From: Octopus sinensis
Lineage: Eukaryota
Assembly (NCBI RefSeq): GCF_006345805.1
Contig: NC_043010.1
Location: 13,640,001-13,704,000 of the forward strand
Reading direction: 5' to 3'
DNA: 64,000 nucleotides
Part shown: piece by piece, positions 12,127 through 23,922 of the stretch
Layout: each line of letters starts with the position of its first letter
Numbering within the stretch: position 1 is the stretch's first letter
Program-made: the position numbers and the translations under genes
The notes under the pieces: model-generated
Seen by the model: the letters and a program-made list of their open reading frames with translations, nothing else
Database searches by the model: none
What the model was told of the DNA's origin: nothing

Positions 12127-12500
12127 AGGCGCAGGAGTGGCTGCGTGGTAAGTAGCTTGCTTACCAACCACATGGTTGTGGGTTCAGTCCCACTGCGTGG
12201 CATCTTGGGCAAGTGTCTTCTACTATAGCCTCGGGCCAACCAAAGCCTTGTGAGTGGATTTGGTAGACAGAAACTGAAGAAGCCCGTCGTATATATGTGT
12301 GTGTCTGTGTTTGTCCCCCTAGCATTGCTTGACAACCGATGCTGGTGTGTTTACATCCCCGTCACTTAGCAGTTCGGCAAAAGAGACTGATAGAATAAGT
12401 ACTGGGCTTACAAAGAATAAGTCCTGGGGTCGAATTGCTCGACTAAAGGCGGTGCTCCAGCATGACCACAGTCAAATGACTGAAACAAGTATAAGAGTAT
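12127..12500 (+). mobile_element. SINE family A, full length
   Basis: tRNA-like head, central (TA)/(TG) microsatellite, tail cagtcaaatgactgaaacaagta. Confidence 0.9.
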
Positions 12501-12752
12501 AACTTCATCAGAAGCTTCATTCACTTTTTACTTACCCCTTATTCTGAAGTCCCACACCCCCAGCAAAATATTGCCAATCCCACTTGTGGGGCAGGCACTC
12601 CACCTCAAGAAGTTCCTGGTCTAGTCTTTTAAATTATAAATATATCAAAATCTACTGCTGGACTTCGATTACAAATTTACAATCATTTTTGCAATCTATG
12701 ATACTTTGGATTCTTCTATTATATTTAAAAAAAAAAAAAAAAAGAGGGACAT

Positions 12753-13110
12753 AGGCGCAGGAGTGGCTGTGTGGTAAGTAGCTTGCTAATCAACCACATG
12801 GTTCCGGGTTCAGTCCCACTGCGTGGCATCTTGGGCAAGTGTCTTCTGCTATATAGCCTCGGGCCGACCAATGCCTTGTGAGTGGATTTGGTAGACGGAA
12901 ACTGAAAGAAGGTCGTCGTATATATGTATATATATATGTGTGTGTATGTGTTTGTGTCTGTGTTTGTCCCCCTAGCATTGCTTGACAACCGATGCTGGTG
13001 TGTTTACGTCCCCGTCACTTAGCGGTTCGGCAAAAGAGACCGATAGAATAAGTACTGGCGGTGCTCCAGCATGGCCGCAGTCAAATGACTGAAACAAGTA
13101 AAAGAGTAAA
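12753..13110 (+). mobile_element. SINE family A, small internal deletion
   Basis: As above; lacks the cttacaaagaataagtcc...ctaaa segment. Confidence 0.9.
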
Positions 13111-13156
13111 GGAATGACTTCTGTCTTGAAACTGCTTTGATATTGTAGACAACCTG

Positions 13157-13382
13157 CCTATATTTGCACAAGCCAACGAAGAAGTTCCTAAGTGGTTGCT
13201 CAGCCTGCTAGAAATAGCAGCCAAATTTCTCTTAACTCATACCCTACTATCTTTAAAAAGAGAGAGGAATACACTGGATTATGTAGTCCTAGATACACTA
13301 TGGTTAAAAAGAGATGAGCTGGTCATGACTGGAATGCCAATTGTCACAAATCAGTTCAATCAAGGCTGACTTGAAGCTCAAC
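13157..13382. mobile_element. Old interspersed repeat (family F)
   Basis: gtggttgctcagcctgctagaaatagcagccaaat recurs near 1390, 8270, 17240 and 55360; flanked by gacaacctg at 13148 and 13383. Confidence 0.5.
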
Positions 13383-13397
13383 GACAACCTGTAATCA

Positions 13398-14904
13398 TGA
13401 GGTGGTACCAAAAGGTTCCTGGACTAGTAATGCTTAATAAAAAATAACTTATTTACCTGAGTTTTAACATCAGCTCCTTCGAAATAGTCACCTTATGCAA
13501 CAATACACTGGTCCCAGCATTCCTGCCACCTTTGGAATCCCACCTGGAAGTCATTTGCCGTAAGTAAGTCAAAGATCTTCTGTGATTCACTCTGAATCTC
13601 AACAATGGTGTTACAACGGCAACCTATGAGCTGCATGTTCAACTTGGGGAAGAGATGGAAATTCAAAGGTGCTAAAATCTGGCGAATAGGGCAGAAGCGA
13701 TACCATGTTTTCGACAAGAAACTCATGAGTGTGGAGAGTTCATTGAAGGATCCAGTGTCTTGCGCTCCACAGATCTGAACACTTTCTTATTTCTTATTTC
13801 TTTACTGCCCACAAGGGGCTAAACACAGAGGGGACAAACAAGGACAGACAAACGGATTAAGTCAATAGCATCGACCCCAGTGCGTAACTGGTACTTATTA
13901 AATCGACCCCGAAAGGATGAAAGTAAAGTCGACCTCGGCAGAATTTGAACTCGGAACGTAACAGCAGACGAAATACTTATTTCTTTACTACTCACAAGGG
14001 GCTAAACACAGAGGGGACAAACAAGGACAGACAAACGGATTAAGTCGATTATATCGACCCCAGTGGGTAACTGGTACTTATTAAATCGACCCCGAAAGGG
14101 ATGAAAGGCAAAGTCGACCTCGACAGAATTTGAACTCAGAATGTAACGGCAGACGAAATACCTATTTCTTTACTACCCACAAGGGGCTAAACACAGAGGG
14201 GACAAACAAGGACAGACAAAGGGATTAAGTCGATTATATCGACCCCAGTGCGTAACTGGTACTTATTAAATCGACCCCGAAAGGGATGAAAGGCAAAGTC
14301 GACCTCGGTGGAATTTGAACTCAGAACGTAGTGGCAGACAAAATACCGCTAAGCATTTTGCCCAATATGCTAACGTTTCTGCCAGCTCGCTGCCCAACAG
14401 ATCTGAACACTTTCACCAAATGTCCTCTCTCAAATGCTTCAAAACATTGCAGTAGAAATCTTGGTCAATGGTTTGGCCCTGGGGGATGAATTCTTCAATG
14501 CACAATACTTTTCCAGGAGTGATGCTTGTGGCAGGTCTTCTTGACCACTAATCATCTTTCAGGGATGTTCTTCTACCCGTGCCTCTCCAAACATTACGTA
14601 CGACCCAAAACCTCATTGCCATAAGCTTGCCAAAGCATACTCAGTGTCTCTGCAGTAGACTTCCCAAGTTTAACAAAAAATTTTCACATTGGCTCTTTGT
14701 TCCACTCCATGACAAAATCTCAGACTACTGCATACACATGATCAAAAAAGCATAAATTTCACAACTTGCAAAATAAATTCAGCAATGTCACTTGACACAC
14801 TGTCTCATGGAGGTCAGTGCTAGCTCTCACTGCGCACGCAAACCTGTGCTGCCATCTGTTGGTGTTCTACAGAACTAGTCCAGGAACTTTTTGATACCAC
14901 CTTG
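13398..14904 (-). mobile_element. Defective mariner (irritans-like) with TIRs, interrupted by a SINE B trimer
   Basis: TIRs gaggtggtaccaaaaggttcctggactagt / actagtccaggaactttttgataccacctt; transposase remnants EFIPQGQTIDQDFYC and an SPD-LAP region continuing FHLFPKL...WQECWDQCI. Confidence 0.8.
13787..14394 (-). mobile_element. SINE family B trimer (one head, three ~185-bp units)
   Basis: Three tandem units; 18-bp TSD acagatctgaacactttc at 13769-13786 and 14397-14414. Confidence 0.9.
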
Positions 14905-14938
14905 TATAGTCAACATTCACATATAATCTGAAATAAAA

Positions 14939-15315
14939 AGGCGCAGGAGTGGCTGTGTGGTAAGTAGCTTGTTTACCAACCACATGGTTCCAGGTTCAGT
15001 CCCACTGCGTGGCACCTTGGGCAAGTGTCTTCTACTATAGCCTTGAGAGTGGATTTGGTAGACGGAAACTGAAAGAAGCCTGTCGTATATATGTCTATAT
15101 ATATATATATGTGTGTGTTTGTCCCCCTAGCATTGCTTGACAACCGATGCTGGTGTGTTTATGTCCCCGTTACTTAGCGGTTCGGCAAAAAGAGACCGAT
15201 AGAATAAGTACTGGGCTTACAAAAAGTATATATCCCGGGGTCGAGTTGCTCGATTAAAGGCGATGCTCCAGCATGACCGCAGTCAAATGACTGAAACAAG
15301 TAAAAAAGAGAAAGA
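14939..15315 (+). mobile_element. SINE family A
   Basis: Head to tail match to other A copies. Confidence 0.9.
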
Positions 15316-15480
15316 GAAATAAAGATATTTTTTCATGAATAAAATATACGGCATTATTACCAAGGCAGTGAATTGGCTGAATTATTAGCATGCCAGATAA
15401 AATGTTGCTAAGCATTTTGTCCTGAGTTCAAATTCCACCAAGGTCGACTTTGCCTTTCATCCTTTCAGAGTCATAAAAAT

Positions 15481-16295
15481 GCGACGATGTTCTCACAGAA
15501 ACTCTAGGCATCAATGAGGATCAACCAGTCTGTTTCGGAGAACTTTTAGACCTGGGCTTATGGATAACTTCCAGAAATCCTTTGCTTGGCAGTAGCTACC
15601 GAGGGGTGCTGCTCTTTCGGGATAAACTTTACAGGCACAGAAGTGCCAACAGCCAGGCCTGCCCTAGGTGCACATAGAGCGATGACACCATTCTACATAC
15701 CGTCATCCAGTGCCCAAGCATTGCTGACCTGGGGGTTTGTATTGAACAGCTGCTGTCGCATGTACGATGGATCCGGCTATCATCTGAATCCATAGTGAAG
15801 ATTGCCCCATCACCCTCCTTTGGGCAGGCAATTTTTTTTTGTCTGGTGGCTGTAGCAAAAGAGATAGTATGGTGGACTCATTTGAAAGGGCTAAAGTCAG
15901 ATACTTTCCTCTTTGGCCAAGCCCTCAGCAACTTCTTCAAGTTTCAATTGAAGAGGAAAGTGAGGGTGGAGAGGGAAGTGTTGCCTTCTAACAAGTTTGT
16001 TGAAAGGGTATATGTTAGAAGAATGGTCAGTGTGAAAGGACCAATTCTGAGCATACACCTGTGAAAAATTAAAGGAGAAGGGTTCTTGTCGTGTTGAACA
16101 AGCACCCGTGGCTTTTGTGGGGTTTTCCATGAGGACCTTTAAAGTGCCTTTCCTATTGGGAGTTTTACGTTGTTTAATTTTTTATTGTTTACATGAGAAA
16201 AACCCTTTGTATCATCTTGCTTTGTCTTTTATGTTGTTACATGTCCTTTAATGTTGTTTTATGTAAGCCCTTGTGGCTAATAAAAGAATCAATTA
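15481..16295 (+). mobile_element. Tx1/L1-clade LINE 3' remnant
   Basis: Frameshifted ORF LFRRTFRPGLMDNFQKSFAWQ...CPRC..ILHTVIQC (CCHC knuckle)...AVAKEIVWWTHLKG; T-rich 3' UTR ending gcccttgtggctaataaaagaat. Confidence 0.7.
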
Positions 16296-16748
16296 AAAGT
16301 GTCAGTTGAGCATTGATGCAACTGATCAGTTGAGGTTGATGTAATTGCCTCACCCCCCTCCCTCTGAAATTGCTGGTTTTTTTACCAAAACAAAAATGGA
16401 TTATTAACTCCAACTAGAGTCAACTTTACTTTTCATCCCTCTGAGATAAAATAAAGTACCAATCAAGTACAGAGGTCAATGGTACTGACTAAACTCCTCA
16501 CCTCCTCAAAATCGTGAGCACGTGCTTGAATCAGTAATCACTATTAGAGGACAGCAGTTTGAAAGATCTTCTAGAGTATAAGCTTTAGGGGACAGATATG
16601 ATCAAGTATAATCTTTTTCTGAAATTTACCATTTTATGTAGAATAGTATAAGCAAACTGCTAAGTTACAGGGACATAAACAAACCAACACACTAGCTGTC
16701 AATGTGTGTGGGTTACAAAAACAGACACAAACACATACATATATACAT

Positions 16749-17086
16749 GTGGCCGTTGCCAGTCTTGCCTGGCCCCCGTGCCGGTCGCACGTAAAAAGCA
16801 TCATCCAATCATGTCTGTTGCCAGCCTCGCCTGGCCCCCGTGCCGGTGGCACATAAAAAGCACCATCTGATCGTGGCCGTTTGCCAGCCTCGTCTGGCAC
16901 CTGTGCCAGTGGCACGTAAAAAGCACCCACTACACTCACGGAATGGTTGGCGTTAGGAAGGGCATCCAGCTGTAGAAACATTGCCAGATCAAACTGGGCC
17001 TGGTGCAGCCTTCTGGCTTCCCAGACCCCAGTTGAACCGTCCAACCCATGCTAGCATGGAAAGCGGACGCTAAATGATGATGATGA
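16749..17086 (+). mobile_element. Repeat family C with three ~62-bp tandem units
   Basis: taaaaagca recurs at 16792, 16854 and 16917, then the C core. Confidence 0.85.
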
Positions 17087-18087
17087 TATACATATATTAT
17101 AGATATAGGGTAAAAAATCATTAATTTATAATTAGGAACCATATTCGGTAGAAACTTATACAAGAAGTTTTATATATAATTATAACAATAATTAAGGGTT
17201 TAGCAACAAGTTGCTTAACCACATACTGAAAAATTTAGAAATAGCAGCCAAAAGACCGTTATTTCTTTTCGCTACAAAATATGACTCCATAGATATATAG
17301 ATGTATATATACATATATATATATTTGTTGAAATGCACGACATTTGTTTCAATTAATTTTTAAAATAAGGAAGAATTTAGTAAAATCACTTTATCATCAT
17401 TAAATTATTAAATGAAATGTTTTGGAACAAATTAACACAAAATTTTAATTGGCATCACTTTAAAACAGGGAGTTTGTTTTAGAACCAGGAGCAGTCTCAG
17501 GCAGGTTGGATGGTATCAAAAGAGTTAAAGGATTTTTTAAACTAAGGGGATCATATAGGTTTGGGGAAAAGGTTAAGAGTATATGATGATTCTCCTCCTC
17601 TTCCTCTTCCTCCTTTATTTCTTATTCTTCCTCTTCTTTTTATGCTGATCTGTTTCTCCTTATTCATGCGTATGCTTTGGTATGAAACTGTAAAGTTGTA
17701 TCATCTTCATTTTGTTATTTATTTATATTCAGCCTATTCTTAAGGTTGAGTTGCTCCGTGTTATTGTTATTGTTGATGTCGCTCTTGTGTTTCTTTGAAT
17801 GTCCCCAGGGATTGTACGAGACTGAAGTAATTTAATTCTTTAACATTCTCAAACCAGGTTTCGCTTACACAGGGCGCTGTGCACTACAAATGTAGAACAG
17901 TATAAGCATAACCTTTAAGGCTACACTTCAAATAGTCAAGATAAGAAGGTTTTCTCAGAATTTCTTCCCAGCAGGCCAAACTTTCACTGTAATATATATA
18001 TATCTTCAGAACAACAGTATGTAGTCTGTACAAGCAAAAATTCCAAGTGTAGAACAGAAAAATTTGATATGGACCTTAATCCTTTAA

Positions 18088-18308
18088 CCCTTTAGTGTTC
18101 AGATTAATCTGTTAAATGTAATACTTTTTTCACTCAAATCATTTTGAATTAATCATACATTATCTTACAGCTTTGAAGTTTCAATGGTGTGTTAGTTTAT
18201 TCTTAGAATGTCAATGTAGGTTAGGTGTGAGAGGCTAAATATGGCCAGTTTGAATGTAAAACATGTAGAATATTTGGGTCGGATATGGCTGGCTTAAACA
18301 CCAAAGGG
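18088..18308. mobile_element. piggyBac-like MITE
   Basis: TTAA flanks (18084, 18309), ccctttagtgtt / aacaccaaaggg termini; inverted sister copy at 22219-22437. Confidence 0.7.
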
Positions 18309-18684
18309 TTAAATATTTTCGTATGGTTAGGACAAAATATTTGAGCTTTATTTCCAGACCTAATTCTGATAATATCTAACATCTTCACATTTGTGATCCA
18401 TGTTGACACACATTATAGTTTTTATCTCTTACTGGTTTCAGTCATTGGACAGCAGCCATACTGGAGCACTGCCTTGAAGGGTTTCGATCAAATGAATCAG
18501 TCCCAATACTAATTTTTTAAGACTGGTACTTATTTTATCAGACTCTTTTGCAAACTGCTAAGTTACAGGGACATAAACAAACCAACACACTAGCTATCAA
18601 GGTGTATGGGGTACAAAACAGACACAAACACACACACACATACATACATGTATATACATATATATATATATGTCTTTTATTTTT

Positions 18685-19050
18685 TTACTTGTTTCAGTCA
18701 TTTGACTGTGGCCATGCTGGAGCACCGCCTTTAGTTGCGCAAATCGACCCCAGGACTTATTCTTTGTAAGCCTAGTACTTATTCTATCGATCTTTTTTGC
18801 CGAACTACTGGGCTATGGGGACGTAAACACACCAGCATCGGTTGTCAAGCAATGATGGGGGGACAAACACAGAGACATAAACACACACACACACACACAT
18901 ATGTATATATATACATATATACGACGGGCGTCTTTCAGTTTCCATCTACCAAATCTATTCACAAGGCTTTGGTCGGCTCGAGGCTATAGTAGAAGACACT
19001 TGGAGTGGGACTGAACCCGGAACCATGTGGTTGGTAAACAAGCAACTTAC
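18685..19050 (-). mobile_element. SINE family A
   Basis: tacttgtttcagtcatttgactg tail through ttaccacacagccac head. Confidence 0.85.
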
Positions 19051-19227
19051 CACACAGCCACTGTTGCACCTCATGTTAATTTCTATTCTATAACACCAGC
19101 TAAATTATGATAAAAGTTATTTAACAAAATTCTGTTTTGATTTCATGATTAATTAAAACAAAGACTGAGCCTTTCAACAGAAATATGGTAACAAAATGGT
19201 TACATTAGGACTTCTTTCAATATATGT

Positions 19228-19596
19228 GGAGGCGCAATGGCCCAGTGGTTAGGGCAGCGGACTCGATTCCCAGGTTTCGATTCCCAGACCGGGCATTGTG
19301 AGTGTTTATTGAGCGAAAATACCTAAAGCTTCACAAGGCTCCTGCAGGGGGTGGTGGTGAACCCTGCTGTACTCTTTCACCACAACTTTCTCTCACTCTT
19401 TCTTCCTGTTTCTGTTGTACCTGTATTTCAAAGGGCCAGCCTTGTCACTCTCTGTGTCACGCTGAATATCCCCGAGAACTACGTTAAGGGTACACGTGTC
19501 TGTGGAGTGCTCAGCCACTTGCACGTTAATTCCACGAGCAGGCTGTTCCGTTGATCGGATCAGCTGGGACCCTCATCGTCGTAACCGACGGAGTGC
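19228..19596 (+). mobile_element. SINE family D, tail type 1
   Basis: tRNA-like ggaggcgcaatggcccagtggttagggc...gtttcgattccc; tail ...cgtcgtaaccgacggagtgc. Confidence 0.85.
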
Positions 19597-19793
19597 TCCT
19601 ATTTCAATATATTTATCAATTGGTGTTCTTAAAATTCTTTGCTTCTTTGCAACAAAATTCTTTGTTCGTATCTCTCCCTCGCAAATTTACCCATTCATGA
19701 TTTCAGCCCCAAAAGACTATTTTAATACTGAATACTAACACATATTCTTTTTCTTATCCAGATTAAACTGACAATTCACCTCCAGTATTAAAC

Positions 19794-20309
19794 ATGTTAA
19801 CGATCGAGAAACGATTCTCCTGTGAAACCTGCGGCAAAATGTTCTTGCTGAGTAAAACTTTGCAGAAACACAAGAAGATCCATGTTCTGGATACAAAGTC
19901 CAAAGTCCCACCGACAAACCACGAATACCATCCGTGTCACAGATGCGATTTATGTGGGAAGGAACTGGCTCAGAAGAATTATCTCAAAATCCATCGAAGA
20001 ACACACACTGGGGAAAAACCATACAATTGTGAGATATGTGCAAAGAAATTTGCTCGTCGAGACGCTCTCCGCATTCACGAGAGAACACACAAAAGGGAAA
20101 AGCCTTTCTACTGTGAAATCTGTTCAAAGCATTTCGCACAAAAAAACTATTTAAAAATTCATAAACGTATACACACGGGCGAGAAACCCTTTCACTGTGA
20201 TGTATGTATACAACAGTTTGCACGTAGTGACACCCTCCTGCGACACAAAAGAACTCATAAAACAAATGAAAAACAAGAACCAAAAGAGAAAGAAAAACAT
20301 AGTGATTAA
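19794..20309 (+). CDS. C2H2 zinc finger protein, 5 fingers, 171 aa, single coding exon
   Basis: Five CxxC-x12-HxxxH motifs with TGEKP linkers; acceptor ttctttttcttatccAG at 19760-19761, 32 nt before the ATG; an upstream coding exon cannot be excluded. Confidence 0.88.
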   Translation: MLTIEKRFSCETCGKMFLLSKTLQKHKKIHVLDTKSKVPPTNHEYHPCHRCDLCGKELAQKNYLKIHRRTHTGEKPYNCEICAKKFARRDALRIHERTHKREKPFYCEICSKHFAQKNYLKIHKRIHTGEKPFHCDVCIQQFARSDTLLRHKRTHKTNEKQEPKEKEKHSD

Positions 20310-20619
20310 CAATGTCTGTGATGTTACATATACTAAACTTCACACACACACACACACACACACACGCATACCCATCTAATTTGGTCGACTGATACTAGTA
20401 CTGTTAACCGCTTACAGTTTCCTTGTGTGATTCATTCAAGTAATTTGTCAGGACATTATGCTGGAACAAAAGTTCATTCCAGTGTGACCAACCTGATAAA
20501 GTACATCAATTTTTTGCATAAGAAAACTGCAAATCACTGACAGCACTGATTTTAGTTAGTCAAATAAAATAAATATTCTACTATAGGGCATTGAATATTC
20601 TTTCTTTAATTTCTTATTA

Positions 20620-20645
20620 CTATTATCATACATATATATATATAT

Positions 20646-20731
<86 letters not shown>

Positions 20732-20743
20732 TATATATATATA

Positions 20744-20774
<31 letters not shown>

Positions 20775-20800
20775 TATATATATATATACACACATATATA
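20620..20800. repeat. (TA)n microsatellite
   Basis: Direct reading. Confidence 0.95.
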
Positions 20801-21572
20801 TAAAACTGTTGCCACAATTCTGGGCACTTTTTTACAGTTATTGTTAGATGGCTTTTACGTCTCTTTCCTGCCCATAATTATTTTTGTTGTCATCTTCGAA
20901 GTATATTTCATCGTTCCTTAAACTCATGTTGCTATGAAATTTATATCAATTTACAATATGTTTATACTAAAACAGATAAAAATAAAGCTAAGGTTACAGG
21001 AAACTGAAGAATGCAGGAGTAAATACGCATCATGTTACTTCATAGTCAATAGCCAGTCAGAAATGAAAGAGAACTGGTAGCCAATGGGCAGTGAAGTACA
21101 ATTGTCCAGAACCAGTCATTTTTGAAATACAATCAAACTATTTCCATTTACTAATCAAATATTGAAAGGGAGAGGGCTAGCATTGGAATTTGCTTTTATA
21201 TTCTTTATCGTGGTCTCTGGTGTTAGGGAAGATTGGACATGCCTAAGCTAAAACAGTTGTAATTCCTTGGGAACTATACACCTTTCAACAAGAAGACTGG
21301 GATAAGATGCAACGAAATCTGATGTAAGGAAGAATATGATAGCATGAAAAACTACTAAAAGAACAGGAAGAAAATGCAAAACAAGTGAACAAGATAACTA
21401 ACATTTTATCAGATTAAATTTACCTAATTATCAAAAAACACCAGAAGAAATACAGTCAACTTTAACAGCTAGTAGGAGTCTGAATCCATTCCTTATAGAC
21501 ATGGAATCAGACTCTTCAATGAAAGGCATTGAGCAAGATTACCAGGGGAAAAATGCCTATTTACTGTTACTG

Positions 21573-21960
21573 TTTTACTTGTTTCAGTCATTTGACTGCG
21601 GCCATACTGGAGCACCGCCTTTAATCAAGCAAATCGACCCTGGGACTTATTCTTTGTAAGCCCAGTACTTATTCTATCGGTCTCTTTTGCTGAACCGCTA
21701 AGTGACGGGGACGTAAACACACCAGCATTGGTTGTCAAGCAATGCTAGGGGGACAAACACAGGCACACAAACACACATATATATATATACATATATACGA
21801 CGGGCTTCTTTCAGTTTCCGTCTACCAAATCCACTCACAAGGCTTTGGTCGGCCTGAGGCTATAGCAGAAGACACTTGCCCAAGATGCCACGCAGTGGGA
21901 CTGAACCCAGAACCATGTGGTTGGGAAGCAAGCTTCTTACCACACAGCCACGCCTGCGCC
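21573..21960 (-). mobile_element. SINE family A
   Basis: Full-length match. Confidence 0.9.
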
Positions 21961-22218
21961 TATCTGAATGTTTTTTTTCAAAGAAGAAAACATCTTTTAC
22001 TGGCAACACAAATGCTGGCTAGCAGAAGACTGACAAATCCTTATGTCCATATGATGAGATGAGACAAAGATTTCAGTTTTCAGAAGCAATGGATTAAAAT
22101 ATGTGAGACACAGGATCAATGAAAATATATTTCTTGACTGTATTACAGTAGCTATGAAGCATCCTGTCAGTGGTATGTTGAGGTGTTGGTCATACTGGAA
22201 TTATAAATGGATCTTTAA

Positions 22219-22437
22219 CCCTTTAGCATTGAAGCTAGGCATTCAAGCAGGCCCAAATATTCTACTTGTTTTGTATTGAAACTGACCAGATCAGGCCTCA
22301 CACACACTGCAAAGTCATTTTAAAAGCAAGCAAACACATCATCAAAATCTTAAAGCTACAAGATAGTGTATGATTAATTTCAAAACGATGTGAATAAATT
22401 CATATTTTATTTGACAGACAAATTGAATGCTAAAGGA
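22219..22437. mobile_element. piggyBac-like MITE, second copy
   Basis: TTAA flanks at 22215 and 22438, ccctttagcatt / aatgctaaagga termini. Confidence 0.65.
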
Positions 22438-22543
22438 TTAAATGCTTAAAAAATACCAAGCTATTTTGGCAATGTAATAATTTTACTTGGTCTGTGACAT
22501 GTTTCCACATTATTCAACCGAAGTAATTTTTCAGGAAGGCAAT

Positions 22544-23095
22544 CATTCATCATTGTTTGACCGTGGTCGAGACAATGGAATTTACCATGCTACGCCAGAC
22601 TTCACGGGCCATCATGGCATTACGGAGGTCCTGTTGCTGGATGCCTGTATCCCTGGAGATTACATCAGGTTAGGAGAGTGTGCGCCCTCTGGTATTGCGA
22701 GTAGATAGCTTCCAGAGGAGAAGAGTAGAAATTGCCTCTTTTTCCACTCTACAACAATGTCCAGCAAACTGGACTCTCTTACCTTTCACAAGAGGTGACA
22801 CAGGTGGTAGTTTCCCATATATTTGCATTTTGGTTGGATGGCGCTTCCACGAGAGATTTTGAGCTCTCATAAGGAGGCGAGTGTAGGTTCCATCCAACTG
22901 CCTCTCAAGCTTCTTTGATAACGTCCAGGTTTCTGAGCCATATAGTAGAATTGGTTCGACTGTGGCTTTGAAGATTTCAAGTTTGAAGTCTCTACTTAGA
23001 TTTGATGACCAGATCTTATGCATGTCATTACAGGCTGACCAGGCCATACCCTTTCTAGTTAGAAAGTCTTTTCCAGATGATGATATGCAATACCC
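22544..23095 (-). mobile_element. RTE-clade LINE 3' fragment
   Basis: ORF ...KATVEPILLYGSETWTLSKKLERQLDGTYTRLL...VQFAGHC; (TGA)n tail. Confidence 0.9.
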
Positions 23096-23682
23096 AATGT
23101 CATATAGCATAATCTAGAATGAAATGGTCGGAAGACTACAGAATATATATTCTAAAAGAGCCTAGAAACAGTTGCATTCTTAACCAGATTGAAAATTTAT
23201 AGTCAAACACACGAGACAGGGATCAGTTCCCAAACTGGTCAACATTCAGTGAAAGCAATCATCAATGCCTAGTTCAGAATCATATATGATAAGGATCTGG
23301 AGAATATTATTGCTTCCATCCAAGAAGAATTGATGTGGTAATCAAAAATAAAATGATGTCCTTCTGGGACAATATAATATAAACCAACATATTGTAAACT
23401 AAATTAAGTGATTGTCCTTTATTTGATATTTTATATATCTTTGGTTTTGGCTGATATGATATGCGTATGTTTTAGCATATTTAAGTCTCGAAGCTGTCCT
23501 ACTCGGTGAAAGAACAATATCAATTTCAAAGCAATATAGCTGAGAGGAAAATAAAGATTCTTTGAAGTTGACTACAAATAAAAAAAAATTATTAGCAGAA
23601 AAGAGGTATAAAAAATGCAACAAGGCAATAACTATGAAGAAAGAATCTACAATCTTGGTCACAAGCATGTGCACATATACAT

Positions 23683-23718
<36 letters not shown>

Positions 23719-23719
23719 A

Positions 23720-23798
<79 letters not shown>

Positions 23799-23830
23799 TT
23801 TATTTAAAGCAGCGGAAAATTCAACAAAAC

Positions 23831-23868
23831 CTGTTACTCTGAGTTTCACGTCCCCATTCGTCGGACAG
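23831..23868 (-). ncRNA. Minimal type I hammerhead-like motif (U4C core variant)
   Basis: CUGU-CCGACGA-AUG GGGA CGU-GAA-ACUC A GAGU-A-ACAG; stem I perfect. Confidence 0.6.
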
Positions 23869-23884
23869 TTTTTTCTAGCAAAAA

Positions 23885-23922
23885 CTATCCGACGAACAGG
23901 GACGTGAAACTCAGAGTAACAG
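23885..23922 (+). ncRNA. Mirror copy of the minimal hammerhead-like motif
   Basis: CUAU-CCGACGA-ACA GGGA CGU-GAA-ACUC A GAGU-A-ACAG; one mismatch each in stems I and II. Confidence 0.5.

Noticed and set aside
13787-14394. Regularly spaced repeats superficially like a CRISPR array (also 16749-16925)
   Set aside because: Whole units are repeated with no unique spacers; eukaryotic SINE context; no cas genes
19228-19290. tRNA-like sequences at SINE heads
   Set aside because: Incomplete cloverleafs continuous with SINE bodies; not called as tRNA genes
20860-20915. Possible hammerhead relic on minus (ttcgaagatgac...ggaaagagacgt) beside (TA)n
   Set aside because: Core and stem II too degenerate to support
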